The notes under the pieces: generated by a model | Database searches by the model: none | Seen by the model: only the letters and a program-made list of their open reading frames with translations | What the model was told of the DNA's origin: nothing | Source: Deltaproteobacteria bacterium | GTDB taxonomy: Bacteria > Desulfobacterota_D > UBA1144 > Nemesobacterales > CSP1-2 | DNA length: 64,000 nt | Assembly: GCA_052390235.1 (NCBI GenBank) | Contig: JBQTHB010000002.1 | Span: forward strand, 32,001-96,000 | Direction: 5' to 3' | Translations under genes and position numbers: made by a program | Part shown: piece after piece, positions 19,852 through 29,415 of the stretch | Layout: each line of letters starts with the position of its first letter | How positions within the stretch are numbered: position 1 is the first letter of the stretch

Positions 19852-21309
19852 ATGAGAGAGTTCCTCCTCAGATATAGAGACATCATCGGCTTCGGCATCG
19901 TTGGCTTGGCTCTAGCCTACGTCCTAAAAACGTTTATAGGCGTAAAGTTTACGGTACTCCTCATGGGGGCGCTGGTGGCTGTGCCGGTTGCGGTGTTTTT
20001 GAGCTTGCAGAAGTGGCGGCTTCTTAGCTATTTTTTCTTCGTCTGGCTTCTCTTGGAGGGGGTATTCAGAAAGTGGGTTCTGCCGGAGATGGCTACGGCG
20101 CTTTTTTTCGTGAAGCACCTCTTGCTCGCAGGGCCATATTTCTATATGTTCACGAGGGGAATAAAGGTTTCGAGGGCATATTATCCGTTCTTGGGGATAG
20201 TTCTGGCCTATGTGCTATGGGGGGCGCTTGAGTCTCTCAATTTCCGCGTTACGACGAATTTCAGGGTTCAAGCCCTTGGGTTTATTACCCATTTCTATTT
20301 CGTGCCTCTCATATTCTTGATACCGATGCTACTGGACTCGCAGGAGCGGATACTGCGATTCCTCAAGATGATTCCCTATCTGTCAATCCCCGTGTTTATG
20401 CTCGGCGTGGTTCAGTACTACTCTCCAAGCACGAGCGCGATAAATAAATACGTTGACAAAGACGCCCACGTAGCCGGCATAGGGGAATTCGTGCGAATCA
20501 CGGGCGTTTTCTCCTATATCAGCCCTTTCAATACCTACATTGGCATCTCGATTGCGCTGATTCTATACCTCATCGTCATCGTAAGGGGGGTCAACAAGCG
20601 GGAGACTCTGGTCATATACATCGCTTTCGCCCTTGGGATGGCAAATCTCTTTATGACGGGTTCTCGCGGGGCTGTTGCGGCGTTTATCCTCCAAGCCGCG
20701 CCGTTTTTGTTCTTCGCCCTGAGGGGAAGGGTCAGAATCAGAAAAAAGGTCATAGCGCGCCTCCTGCTCGCGATGCCGCTTATGATAGCTCTGCTCATTT
20801 TTAGCGAGACGGGAAGCAGGGCGGTCGAGGCTTTTGTAGAACGAACCAGGAGTGTCAGCTCGGACGTCGTGCCGAGGATAATTGACAATTTCACCCCGTT
20901 TAAATTTCTGTCTGAGTCTGGCTTGGCGGGGTTCGGCATCGGCACGGCGTATCAGGGGGCGTTTAACTTGGTTGAGAACTGGAAAGATATGCCCCGCGAA
21001 TTTGAAGAGGAGTGGGAGAGGCTGGTTCTCGAACTCGGTTTGATAGGGTTTGTCATCATCATGGCGCTTCGGTTCTATATAATTTTTTATTCATTTAAAA
21101 TCTGGCGGAGGATAAAAACCTATGAGCTTAAGATTCTCGCCCTCACGATATTCCTACATCAGTGTCTGATTCTCACCGGGCTCAATATCGTCTATAATCC
21201 GCTCCAGAATATAATTTTCTGGTCTCTGGTGGGACTGCTGGTCGCCGTAGTCAGAATAAACAGAATCAATGAATTTGAAGCCCAACACTCTAGTGTCTCA
21301 TCCGGCTAG
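19852..21309 (+). CDS. Polytopic membrane protein, O-antigen polymerase/ligase (Wzy/WaaL)-like
   Basis: Many hydrophobic segments; RITGVFS, TGSRG, GFGIG, ELGLIG. Confidence 0.7.
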   Translation: MREFLLRYRDIIGFGIVGLALAYVLKTFIGVKFTVLLMGALVAVPVAVFLSLQKWRLLSYFFFVWLLLEGVFRKWVLPEMATALFFVKHLLLAGPYFYMFTRGIKVSRAYYPFLGIVLAYVLWGALESLNFRVTTNFRVQALGFITHFYFVPLIFLIPMLLDSQERILRFLKMIPYLSIPVFMLGVVQYYSPSTSAINKYVDKDAHVAGIGEFVRITGVFSYISPFNTYIGISIALILYLIVIVRGVNKRETLVIYIAFALGMANLFMTGSRGAVAAFILQAAPFLFFALRGRVRIRKKVIARLLLAMPLMIALLIFSETGSRAVEAFVERTRSVSSDVVPRIIDNFTPFKFLSESGLAGFGIGTAYQGAFNLVENWKDMPREFEEEWERLVLELGLIGFVIIMALRFYIIFYSFKIWRRIKTYELKILALTIFLHQCLILTGLNIVYNPLQNIIFWSLVGLLVAVVRINRINEFEAQHSSVSSG

Positions 21310-22519
21310 GCAGCACGCCCATGAGCTTGCCCACGCCCTCTACCAGGGGGGAATGCTCCAGAAATTCATAACCTCCATCTGGTATAAGCCCGGCAAATTT
21401 CCCTACTCTCTGCTCGACTCTCTCCCCGAAAGGGCGCGCCGCGGCGTGGAGCGGGAACTGAAGAAGCGCTACATCGAGGGCGTCCCTCCTCGGCTTGTCG
21501 AGCAGTTCCCTTATTTCGAGATTCTGCGCGAGGGGGCTGACCGGCTTCTTCGGGGCTATAAAAGCGACATCGGGCATTATATCGGCAATAGAATCCACGA
21601 CAGGCGCGTCGCCTCCCGAATTCCCGCGCTCAAACCCGATATTGTCATAGGCTACGAGATGGCATCGCTCCGAAGCTTCATCGAAGCAAAAAAAGCAGGC
21701 GCGGCGGCTGTGCTGGATCTCGCCCAGGTGCATTGGCGGTTCATCGAGGATTTAAGGGCGCAATATCCGCTCTACGCCGCGACGTTTGACCCGGAGGTCA
21801 TAGGGCGGATAAATGCCCTCAAAGAGCGGGAACTTCGCGAGGCGGATTTCATCATCACGCTCTCCGAATTGGTCAAGCAGAGTCTAATCAGCCGAGGATT
21901 CGCAGGGGATAAAATCTACACTGCCAACATGGGATTCGACCCGCGCCGCTTTACTCCGAAAAGCGATTACCCAGAGTCGGGAGCGTTTCAGATGCTCTAT
22001 GTTGGGGCGATAACGCTAAGAAAGGGGGTCGGGCTAATGCTCGAAGCCGTAAAGCGACTGAACCTCCCCGATGCCGAGCTTCTGCTGATAGGCGGCATGA
22101 CGCGGGACGGCGCAGATCTGCTGCGAAAATACCGCGGTCTATGCCGATACCTCCCCTACGCGACTCACGAGGAGCTTTCGCGCCGCTATCGGCAGGCTGA
22201 TGTTTTCCTCTTCCCGTCCTATCTCGATAGCTGGGGAATAGTCGTTCTCGAGGCTATGGCTTCGGGTATCCCCGTGATAGTTTCAGCGAACACGGGGGCA
22301 AAGGAAGCCGTGCGGGACGGCGAGAGCGGATTCATTATTCCCGTCGAGGACGCCTCGGCTCTGGCTGATAGGATTTCCTACTTCTACGACAATAGAGCCG
22401 AAGCCAGGCGCATGGGCGGCAATGCGGCATCAAGCGCGGGGAGCTACACTTGGGGCGCTTACGGGGCGAGGGTTCGTGAGATAATCCTGGAAATTGCGGC
22501 GCTGAGGGCTGAGAGATGA
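21269..22519 (+). CDS. Glycosyltransferase family 4
   Basis: HPARQH; YVGAITLRKG; DSWGIVVLEAMASG. Confidence 0.9.
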   Translation: MNLKPNTLVSHPARQHAHELAHALYQGGMLQKFITSIWYKPGKFPYSLLDSLPERARRGVERELKKRYIEGVPPRLVEQFPYFEILREGADRLLRGYKSDIGHYIGNRIHDRRVASRIPALKPDIVIGYEMASLRSFIEAKKAGAAAVLDLAQVHWRFIEDLRAQYPLYAATFDPEVIGRINALKERELREADFIITLSELVKQSLISRGFAGDKIYTANMGFDPRRFTPKSDYPESGAFQMLYVGAITLRKGVGLMLEAVKRLNLPDAELLLIGGMTRDGADLLRKYRGLCRYLPYATHEELSRRYRQADVFLFPSYLDSWGIVVLEAMASGIPVIVSANTGAKEAVRDGESGFIIPVEDASALADRISYFYDNRAEARRMGGNAASSAGSYTWGAYGARVREIILEIAALRAER

Positions 22520-23628
22520 AAGTCGCTCTGATACGCAACGTTGAGGAGGCGAGGAGCCTCAGTATGCCCTTCTACGCAGACTCACTTCGGGACGCGCTTA
22601 GGGATTTGTGCGAAGTGCAGGACGCCCGGTTCCGTCCCGATTCCCTACACAGGCTAGCCTCTCTCGCAGGCGCGCGCGCTGGGGATTACGCGGGGCGATT
22701 TGTGAGCTTCCCGAAGCAGCTGCGCTCTCTTCGGGCGGATGTGTTTCACATTGCCGACCACTCAAACGCACATTTTATCCGCTCACTAGATGCCGAGGCG
22801 ACGGTTGTAACTTGCCACGATTTGATGCTCCTCAAGCTCGCCTCTGGCGAGATTCCCTCAAATGGCGCAGTCCCCCGAATTGCGCTTCGCGCTTTTAGCT
22901 GGAGCGTCGGGCATCTGTGCCGGGCGAGGGTCGTCCTGTGCGATTCGGAGTCAACCAAGCGGGACGTAATAAAATTTCTCGGATGCCCTGACGAGCGTCT
23001 CAAAGTTGCCTATATCGGGATTCACGAGGCATTCCGCCCTATTGGGGACGCCGCCCTCATCGCTTCTGCCCGCGCCCGCTTTGGCTTCGATTCGCCGCTA
23101 ACGGTGGTGCACGCGGGCAACTGCTCGTTTTATAAGAATTTAGAAGGGGTCATTAATGCGTTCTCGCTTCTGCCGCCGGGGATTCGCGCTAGGGCAAGGC
23201 TCGTGAAGGTCGGCGCTGATTTTTCCCCTGAGCAGTGGAGGCTGATTCAAAGGCGCGGTATTGCCCAGAGGGTGAGCTACTTGGGCAGGCTCTCTGTGCC
23301 GGATTTAGCCCTAGCCTACGGCTCTGCGGGAATACTGCTCTTTCCCTCTTTATATGAGGGGTTCGGCTGGCCCCCGCTGGAGGCTATGGCTTGCGGCCTG
23401 CCGGTCGTCTGCTCGGACAGAGGCTCTCTGGGGGAAGTAGTAGGGGACGCGGCGGCGATAGTTGACCCAGACAGTCCCGAATCCATCGCCGAGGGGGTTC
23501 GCATCGCCTTAGATGACGACGAATTCAGGCGGGGGCTCATTGCCAGAGGCTTCGAGAGGGTGAAACTCTTTAGTTGGCACAGTGCCGCGAGGCAGGTTTT
23601 GGAGGCTTACCGAGAGTGCGTATCCTGA
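22516..23628 (+). CDS. Glycosyltransferase family 4
   Basis: VTCHDL; PSLYEGFGWPPLEAMACG. Confidence 0.9.
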   Translation: MKVALIRNVEEARSLSMPFYADSLRDALRDLCEVQDARFRPDSLHRLASLAGARAGDYAGRFVSFPKQLRSLRADVFHIADHSNAHFIRSLDAEATVVTCHDLMLLKLASGEIPSNGAVPRIALRAFSWSVGHLCRARVVLCDSESTKRDVIKFLGCPDERLKVAYIGIHEAFRPIGDAALIASARARFGFDSPLTVVHAGNCSFYKNLEGVINAFSLLPPGIRARARLVKVGADFSPEQWRLIQRRGIAQRVSYLGRLSVPDLALAYGSAGILLFPSLYEGFGWPPLEAMACGLPVVCSDRGSLGEVVGDAAAIVDPDSPESIAEGVRIALDDDEFRRGLIARGFERVKLFSWHSAARQVLEAYRECVS

Positions 23629-24785
23629 TTTCCGTGCAGAATTATCACCCCGCCTATTCGTTTGGCGGCAGGGTGGTAAAATCCACAGCCGTCGCCGAGG
23701 GACTCGCAAAGCTCGGACACGAGGTCTCGGTCGTAACCTCAAGCGTTATTGACCGCGAGACAAAGCCCGCCTTTTTCACCCGCCGCGAGTCCGTAAACGG
23801 GGTATCGGTTATATATCTCGGCACGTGGCTCCGGTTCTCGCAGATTTCGCTGAACCCTTCTGCGCTTCGTTTTGCCCTCTCGGAGGTCAAAAAATACGAC
23901 GCCGTCTATATCGTGGGACTCTATGACGCCATCTCGCCGTTGGTAGCCCTTGCCGCCCGCAGAGCAAGAATCCCTTATATAGTCGAGCCGAGCGGAATGC
24001 TCATTCCCATTGTGAGGAGCCTGAGGCTCAAGCGCGCGTATCATAAAATCATCGGTTCATGGATGCTGAGAGACGCCCACGCCGTGTTCTATACGTCTCA
24101 AATCGAGCATGACGAGGCGGTAGGGTTCGGAATCGCTCCTGAGAAATTATTGCTCTCGCCGAACGGGATAAATTTAGGCGATTATAAATCCCTCCCCACG
24201 CGAGGCGCGTTCCGAAGGTGCTACGAGATACCCGAGGGGTCTTCTCTTGTTCTCTCGCTTGGGCGGATTGAGCAGAAAAAGAATCTGGAGGAGCTATTTC
24301 GCGCCGTCGCCGGGCTAAGGAGTCTCGATTTCTTTTTGGCGGTTGTGGGTCCATCGGAGTCCGAGGGGTACTTGAATAAATTGAAGCGTCTCGCCTCAGA
24401 GCTTCAAATTGAGCCGCGGGTTCGGTTTATTCCGACTCTACTGGGAGAGGAAAAACTCTCGGCTTACGTTGACGCGGACATATTCGCAATAGTTTCTATT
24501 AACGAAAATTGGGGGATTACCGCAACCGAGGCGATAGCCTGCGGTCTGCCGGTCGTGGTTACGGACACGTGCGGAGTCGCCGAGGTAGTTGAGGGGCGCG
24601 CGGGGCTTGTCGTAAAGCGGGACGCCGCCTCCATCCGCGAGGGAATCGAGAAACTGTCTGCGGACGACGGGCTTCGGGCAGAAATTAAGGCGCGTCTGCC
24701 AGAGGTAGCAGGCGGGCTGTCGTGGGATAGCAAGGTGTCTCAGTTGGCGCGGATATTCTCATTCCTGATAGCGATGCCGGATTAA
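23616..24785 (+). CDS. Glycosyltransferase family 4
   Basis: LGRIEQKKNL; ENWGITATEAIACG; GTG start after GGAGG. Confidence 0.9.
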   Translation: MRILISVQNYHPAYSFGGRVVKSTAVAEGLAKLGHEVSVVTSSVIDRETKPAFFTRRESVNGVSVIYLGTWLRFSQISLNPSALRFALSEVKKYDAVYIVGLYDAISPLVALAARRARIPYIVEPSGMLIPIVRSLRLKRAYHKIIGSWMLRDAHAVFYTSQIEHDEAVGFGIAPEKLLLSPNGINLGDYKSLPTRGAFRRCYEIPEGSSLVLSLGRIEQKKNLEELFRAVAGLRSLDFFLAVVGPSESEGYLNKLKRLASELQIEPRVRFIPTLLGEEKLSAYVDADIFAIVSINENWGITATEAIACGLPVVVTDTCGVAEVVEGRAGLVVKRDAASIREGIEKLSADDGLRAEIKARLPEVAGGLSWDSKVSQLARIFSFLIAMPD

Positions 24786-24799
24786 ACGATGTGCGGGGG

Positions 24800-25335
24800 A
24801 TGAGTGGGGCAATTCACGAGGGAGAGGTGGACGCTTCCTACCGAGCGGGATACTCGTATGTCATTCTCACGAAAGCGGGAATCCAGAGCTTGACTCCGCT
24901 CACTATGAAGAGAAATGCTCGGTATGAAGAGAAGTGGATTCCCGCTCAGATGACCTGCGGGAATGACAGACTCTCTGTGATTTCGCCCCTTCGCCCTCTG
25001 TTCTTTCGAGTCTCCCGTTGTCATTTCGATGGAGCGTGTTAGCGACTGAGAAATCTTATGGCGAGAAATCCTGAATAAGATTCCTCTCTGTGGTCGGAAT
25101 GACAGAGTTGATGCGTTCGGAATGACAGGAGCGAGAGGCTTGCGGAGTGGGGCAATTGACGCAGGGGAGGGAGCGCTTCCTACCGAGCGGGATACTCGTG
25201 TGTCATTCTCACGAAAGTGGGAATCCAGAGCTTGACTCCGCTCACTATGAAGAGAAATGCTCGGTATGAAGAGAAGTGGATTCCCGCTCAGATGATTTGC
25301 GGGAATGACAGAAGCGAGAGGCTTGCGGAGTGGGA
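24800..25335. repeat. REP-like array with an internal ~140-bp direct repeat
   Basis: 24832-24970 nearly identical to 25174-25312 (offset 342). Confidence 0.85.
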
Positions 25336-25465
25336 CGCTCCGGGTATTGTTGCGATGTAGTCAGTCTAAGCTAGAAAATCCGCTATAGCCGCTATAAAAT
25401 CAAAGAATGCGCCAAACTCAGGTTATATTATTCTCCGAGTCGAGTTAGATTAAGGGGATTGCCTA

Positions 25466-26461
25466 GTGTCTCAGCATCGCCGAGTAGCGCTTAAATCGAG
25501 CGGAGAAAACCTAGCCGCCGCCGTCCGTTCCGCGCTTATGGAGTCAGGGATTCTCTCTAGCATCAGCCGGACTTCGAGAGTAGCTCTGAAGCCAAATCTG
25601 ACCTATCCGTACTACAAAAAGGGGGTAACTACGTCCCCTGCGGTCATCCGCGAGACGGTCAAAATCCTGCGCGAATATACGGATTTCATCGCCATAGTTG
25701 AGTCCGACGGGGGCTACGGAGCCTGGGAAGCGCCGGAGGCGTTTCGGGGGCATAATCTGTATTCTCTGGCAGAGGAATATGGGGCAGAGGTCATAAACCT
25801 GTGCGCCGAGGGCGAGGAGCGAGAATTCATAGCTGTAAAGTCTCGTGGCTCGGAGTATCAAATCCCGCTGCCACGCCGACTTTTGAGGGAAACCGATTTG
25901 CTCATCACCATGCCCGTGCCGAAGATTCACTGCATGACGGGACTCACGCTCGGCTACAAGAATCAGTGGGGGTGCATCCCGGACAAAATGCGTCTCCGCT
26001 CTCACTTCGTCTTCAACGACGCTATTATCGCCATAAACCGCGCCCTGCGTCCGGCGGTGCTCGCAGACGGGACCTATTTTCTAGACCGAAATGGCCCGAT
26101 GGAAGGAGACCCCGTGCAGATGGATTTTATTATCGCCGCAACGGACGTCGGCTCGTTCGACAGGTACGCCTCTGAACTCATGGGCTGGAGTTGGCGCGAT
26201 GTGCCGCACCTAAGACGCGCCGTCGCCCTCGGGGATATGCCCGCAAATCTCGAGGAGATTGAATTCAACGTTCACCCGAAGCAGGCGTCGGGGCGGAAAT
26301 TCCGGCTTCAGCGCACCCCCCGAAATTATATTGCTCTGTCTGGCTTTCATAGCCGCTATCTCACGTGGTTTATGTATGAATCGTGGTTTGGCCGCGTTGT
26401 GCTTCATTCGATTTTTTACGCTATCGTGGGGAAACCCGTAAAGCCGAAGCCGGAGCAATAG
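25466..26461 (+). CDS. DUF362-family protein, candidate NPN-dependent enzyme
   Basis: VALKPNL, TTSP, IVESD, PVPKIH..LTLGYKNQWG, GPMEG; no C-terminal ferredoxin CxxCxxC motif. Confidence 0.8.
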   Translation: MSQHRRVALKSSGENLAAAVRSALMESGILSSISRTSRVALKPNLTYPYYKKGVTTSPAVIRETVKILREYTDFIAIVESDGGYGAWEAPEAFRGHNLYSLAEEYGAEVINLCAEGEEREFIAVKSRGSEYQIPLPRRLLRETDLLITMPVPKIHCMTGLTLGYKNQWGCIPDKMRLRSHFVFNDAIIAINRALRPAVLADGTYFLDRNGPMEGDPVQMDFIIAATDVGSFDRYASELMGWSWRDVPHLRRAVALGDMPANLEEIEFNVHPKQASGRKFRLQRTPRNYIALSGFHSRYLTWFMYESWFGRVVLHSIFYAIVGKPVKPKPEQ

Positions 26462-26579
26462 GGCGAGTCCGGCGGCTGAGATGATACTGGATTCTCGCAT
26501 CAAATCTGCGTAAATTAGAGGACTTATGTCGGAGCTATGGCGGCGTCCGGCAAAATGCGCTTCGGAGGTTACAGTTCGG

Positions 26580-26819
26580 ATGAGATATTTAAAAGCGCTT
26601 TGGGAGTGGTGGAAGCCCCTAGCGAGAAAAATCGGCGATTTTCAGGCGCGGGTTATCCTCACGGTTTTTTATTTCGTATTTCTTTCTCCCTTCGCGCTTA
26701 TTGTCCGTTTTGCAACTGACCCCCTGGCGATAAAACCCAAAACGCCTCGGGGCTGGCTCCTCAGAGAAGATTCAGGCGCGCCTGAGGCTCAGAGGGCGAC
26801 GAAAATGTTTTCCCTTTAA
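26580..26819 (+). CDS. Small SxtJ-like membrane protein
   Basis: WKPLARKIGDFQARVILTVFYFVFLSPFALI..DPL; GGAGGT RBS before ATG 26580. Confidence 0.7.
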   Translation: MRYLKALWEWWKPLARKIGDFQARVILTVFYFVFLSPFALIVRFATDPLAIKPKTPRGWLLREDSGAPEAQRATKMFSL

Positions 26820-26836
26820 GGAGAGTTTCCCTACTG

Positions 26837-28612
26837 ATGAAAATACTCGGAATCTCATGCTATTTTCACGATGCTGCCGCCGCCCTGCTGGTTGACGGAC
26901 AGCTCGTTGCCGCCGCCGAAGAGGAGAGGTTCTCGCGCAAGAAGCACGACTACGAATTCCCGCAATTGGCAATTGATTTCTGCCTCAAAACGGCGGGGCT
27001 GAAACCATCCGACCTCGACTACGTGGTGTTTTTTGAAAAGCCGTTTGTTAAATTTGAACGTCTGCTCCTGTGCGCGATGCAGACCTTCCCGCGCTCCATT
27101 AAGCTGTTCCGCGAGGCTATGATAACCTGGCTTGGGGATAAGCTGTGGATAAAACACCTCCTTCAAAAAAAACTCGGCGTAGAGGAGTCTAAAATCCTCT
27201 TTTCAGAGCATCACCTCTCTCACGCCGCAAGCTCTTTTTACTGCTCCCCCTATGAAGAGGCGGCGATTCTCACCGTTGACGGCGTGGGCGAGTGGACTAC
27301 AGCCGCCATCGGTGTGGGCAGGGGCAATGAGATAAAGCTACTCAAAGAGATTCGGTTTCCGCATTCCCTTGGGCTTCTCTACAGCGCGTTTACGGCGTTT
27401 TTGGGGTTTGAGGTCAACGAGGGGGAATATAAAGTGATGGGAATGTCGCCGTTTGGCAAACCCAATTATGTGGATGAGGTGATGAAGCTCGTCCGAGTCC
27501 ATGACGACGGCGGGTTTGAACTCGATATGGACTATTTCTCGTTTCATTACTCCTCCGAAAAGACATTCAGCCGCAAATTCGAGGAACTCTTCGGCGAGCC
27601 TAGAGACCCGAAGTCCCTATTTTTCACCGGCGAGAGCGGATTTCCGGCGTATTTCGGACAGAAGCCCGTTGATTTTGACGAGCTTGCCCTGAGCAATCAG
27701 CGCTACGCCGATATTGCCGCGAGCATCCAAGCCGTAACCGAGGGGATTATGCTCAAAATGGCGCGCGAGGCTCGCCGCCTGACCGGTCTTACAGCGCTCT
27801 GCATGGCTGGAGGAGTCGCCCTAAACAGCGTTGCAAATGGGAAAATTCTCGCAGGCGGGGCATTTGACGAAATCTACATTCAGCCCGCCGCAGGAGACGG
27901 TGGGGCGGCTCTGGGCGCCGCTCTCTGGGCGTATCACTCCGTGCTGGGCAAACCCCGAAAATTCGTAATGCGCCATGCCTACTGGGGGGAGGAACACTCG
28001 GACTCTGAAATTGAGCAATTTCTCGCGGAGAATAAGATTGCTTATGAGAGGCTCGACGACGAGGGGATTATCCAAAGCGTCGCCGAGAGAATTAGCCGAG
28101 GGAAGGTCATAGGCTGGTTTCAGGGGCGATTTGAGTGGGGGCCCCGGGCCCTTGGCGCAAGGAGCATCCTCGCCGACCCGCGCCGTGCCGATATGAAGGA
28201 CATCGTCAATACGAAAATTAAATTCCGTGAGCCGTACCGCCCGTTTGCCCCTTCTGTGCTTGCTGAAAGGGCAGGGGAATTTTTTGATTTCCCTGAGCCT
28301 GCGCGCCACTTCCCAGCGCGATTCATGCTCTATGTAGTGAATGTAAAAGAGGATAAAAGGGCGCTTCTTCCCGCCATAACGCACGTTGACGGAACGGGTA
28401 GGCTTCAGACCGTGGACAAGGCGGCGTCCCCTCGATATTACCGCCTCATTGAGCGGTTCGGCGAGCTTACGGGCGTGCCAGTGGTGCTGAACACCTCGTT
28501 TAATCTGCGCGGAGAGCCGATAGTGAACACTCCGGCAGAGGCTTACAGCACATTCATGAGGAGCGAGATGGACGTGCTGGCGCTGGGGAATTATCTAGTG
28601 GAGAAGGTCTAA
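26837..28612 (+). CDS. O-carbamoyltransferase (NodU/CmcH/SxtI family)
   Basis: ILGISCYFHDAAA, EEERFSRKKH, HHLSHAAS, DGVGE, GPRALG, KFREPYRPFAP, LNTSFN. Confidence 0.95.
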   Translation: MKILGISCYFHDAAAALLVDGQLVAAAEEERFSRKKHDYEFPQLAIDFCLKTAGLKPSDLDYVVFFEKPFVKFERLLLCAMQTFPRSIKLFREAMITWLGDKLWIKHLLQKKLGVEESKILFSEHHLSHAASSFYCSPYEEAAILTVDGVGEWTTAAIGVGRGNEIKLLKEIRFPHSLGLLYSAFTAFLGFEVNEGEYKVMGMSPFGKPNYVDEVMKLVRVHDDGGFELDMDYFSFHYSSEKTFSRKFEELFGEPRDPKSLFFTGESGFPAYFGQKPVDFDELALSNQRYADIAASIQAVTEGIMLKMAREARRLTGLTALCMAGGVALNSVANGKILAGGAFDEIYIQPAAGDGGAALGAALWAYHSVLGKPRKFVMRHAYWGEEHSDSEIEQFLAENKIAYERLDDEGIIQSVAERISRGKVIGWFQGRFEWGPRALGARSILADPRRADMKDIVNTKIKFREPYRPFAPSVLAERAGEFFDFPEPARHFPARFMLYVVNVKEDKRALLPAITHVDGTGRLQTVDKAASPRYYRLIERFGELTGVPVVLNTSFNLRGEPIVNTPAEAYSTFMRSEMDVLALGNYLVEKV

Positions 28613-28624
28613 TACAGTGGATTT

Positions 28625-29045
28625 CCCTCTTCGCCCCGTGTCATTTCGAGCAATAGCGAGAAATCTCAAATAAGATTCCTCTCTGCGTTCGGAATGACAG
28701 AGTTGAGAGAAGGGGGCGCTTAATACCGAGCGGATACTCGTATGTCATTCTCACGAAAGTAGAGAATCCAGAGCTTGACTCCGCTCCCTTCGGCGTAGTT
28801 TATAGTGAGCTTAGTCGAAGCGCTCGCCCTTTGACTCCGCTCAGGGTGAAGAGGAATTGGATTCCCGCTCAGATGGCTTGCGGGAATGACAGCGTGTTGA
28901 GGCGTTCGGAATGACACTCCCCTCTGCGTTATTTTGCCTCTTCGCCCCGTGTCATTTCGAGCAATAGCGAGAAATCTTGAATAAGATTCCTCTCTGGGCG
29001 TTCGGAATGACAAGAAGTGAGGTGTTCGGAATGACAGAGGTGAGA
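28625..29045. repeat. REP-like palindromic array
   Basis: GTCATTTCGAGCAATAGCGAGAAATCT..AGATTCCTCTCTG..GTTCGGAATGAC repeated near 28640 and 28950; CGCTCAGGGTGAAGAGGAATTGGATTCCCGCTC. Confidence 0.85.
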
Positions 29046-29218
29046 GAGGAGTGGCGGAAGCTCCGTCGCTATACTTTTGCTCATATTCACTGTGGGACAT
29101 ACCTTCGGAACGACGCGCGAGGTATTATCCTAGTATCTCATCGCCTGCCGCGCATCACTTACGGCGGCCTCTCTTAGCGTTTTTGCGGCTAGACGATATA
29201 CAATGGAGGTGGTTCACA

Positions 29219-29389
29219 ATGGGAAAATTAGGCTCTAGGCTTGGCATTGCCGGCGAGTTGCTGCAATTTTTCTGGGGGCGCAAGTGGTGGTGGATTACGC
29301 CGATGCTCATTCTGCTCATAGCCCTCGGCATATTGATAGCGTTTGCCCAAAGCTCTGCTGTTGCCCCGTTTATTTACACGCTGTTCTAA
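29219..29389 (+). CDS. DUF5989 / SxtK-like small membrane protein
   Basis: MGKLGSRLGIAGELLQFFWGRKWWWITPML...AVAPFIYTLF; GGAGGT RBS. Confidence 0.85.
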   Translation: MGKLGSRLGIAGELLQFFWGRKWWWITPMLILLIALGILIAFAQSSAVAPFIYTLF

Positions 29390-29415
29390 GTTTCGCTGTT
29401 TGGAGGTTGCCTTCG

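Noticed and set aside
24800..25335. Arrays as integron attC sites
   Set aside because: Internally multi-hairpin, no consistent RYYYAAC...GTTRRRY ends seen, and no integrase in the window.
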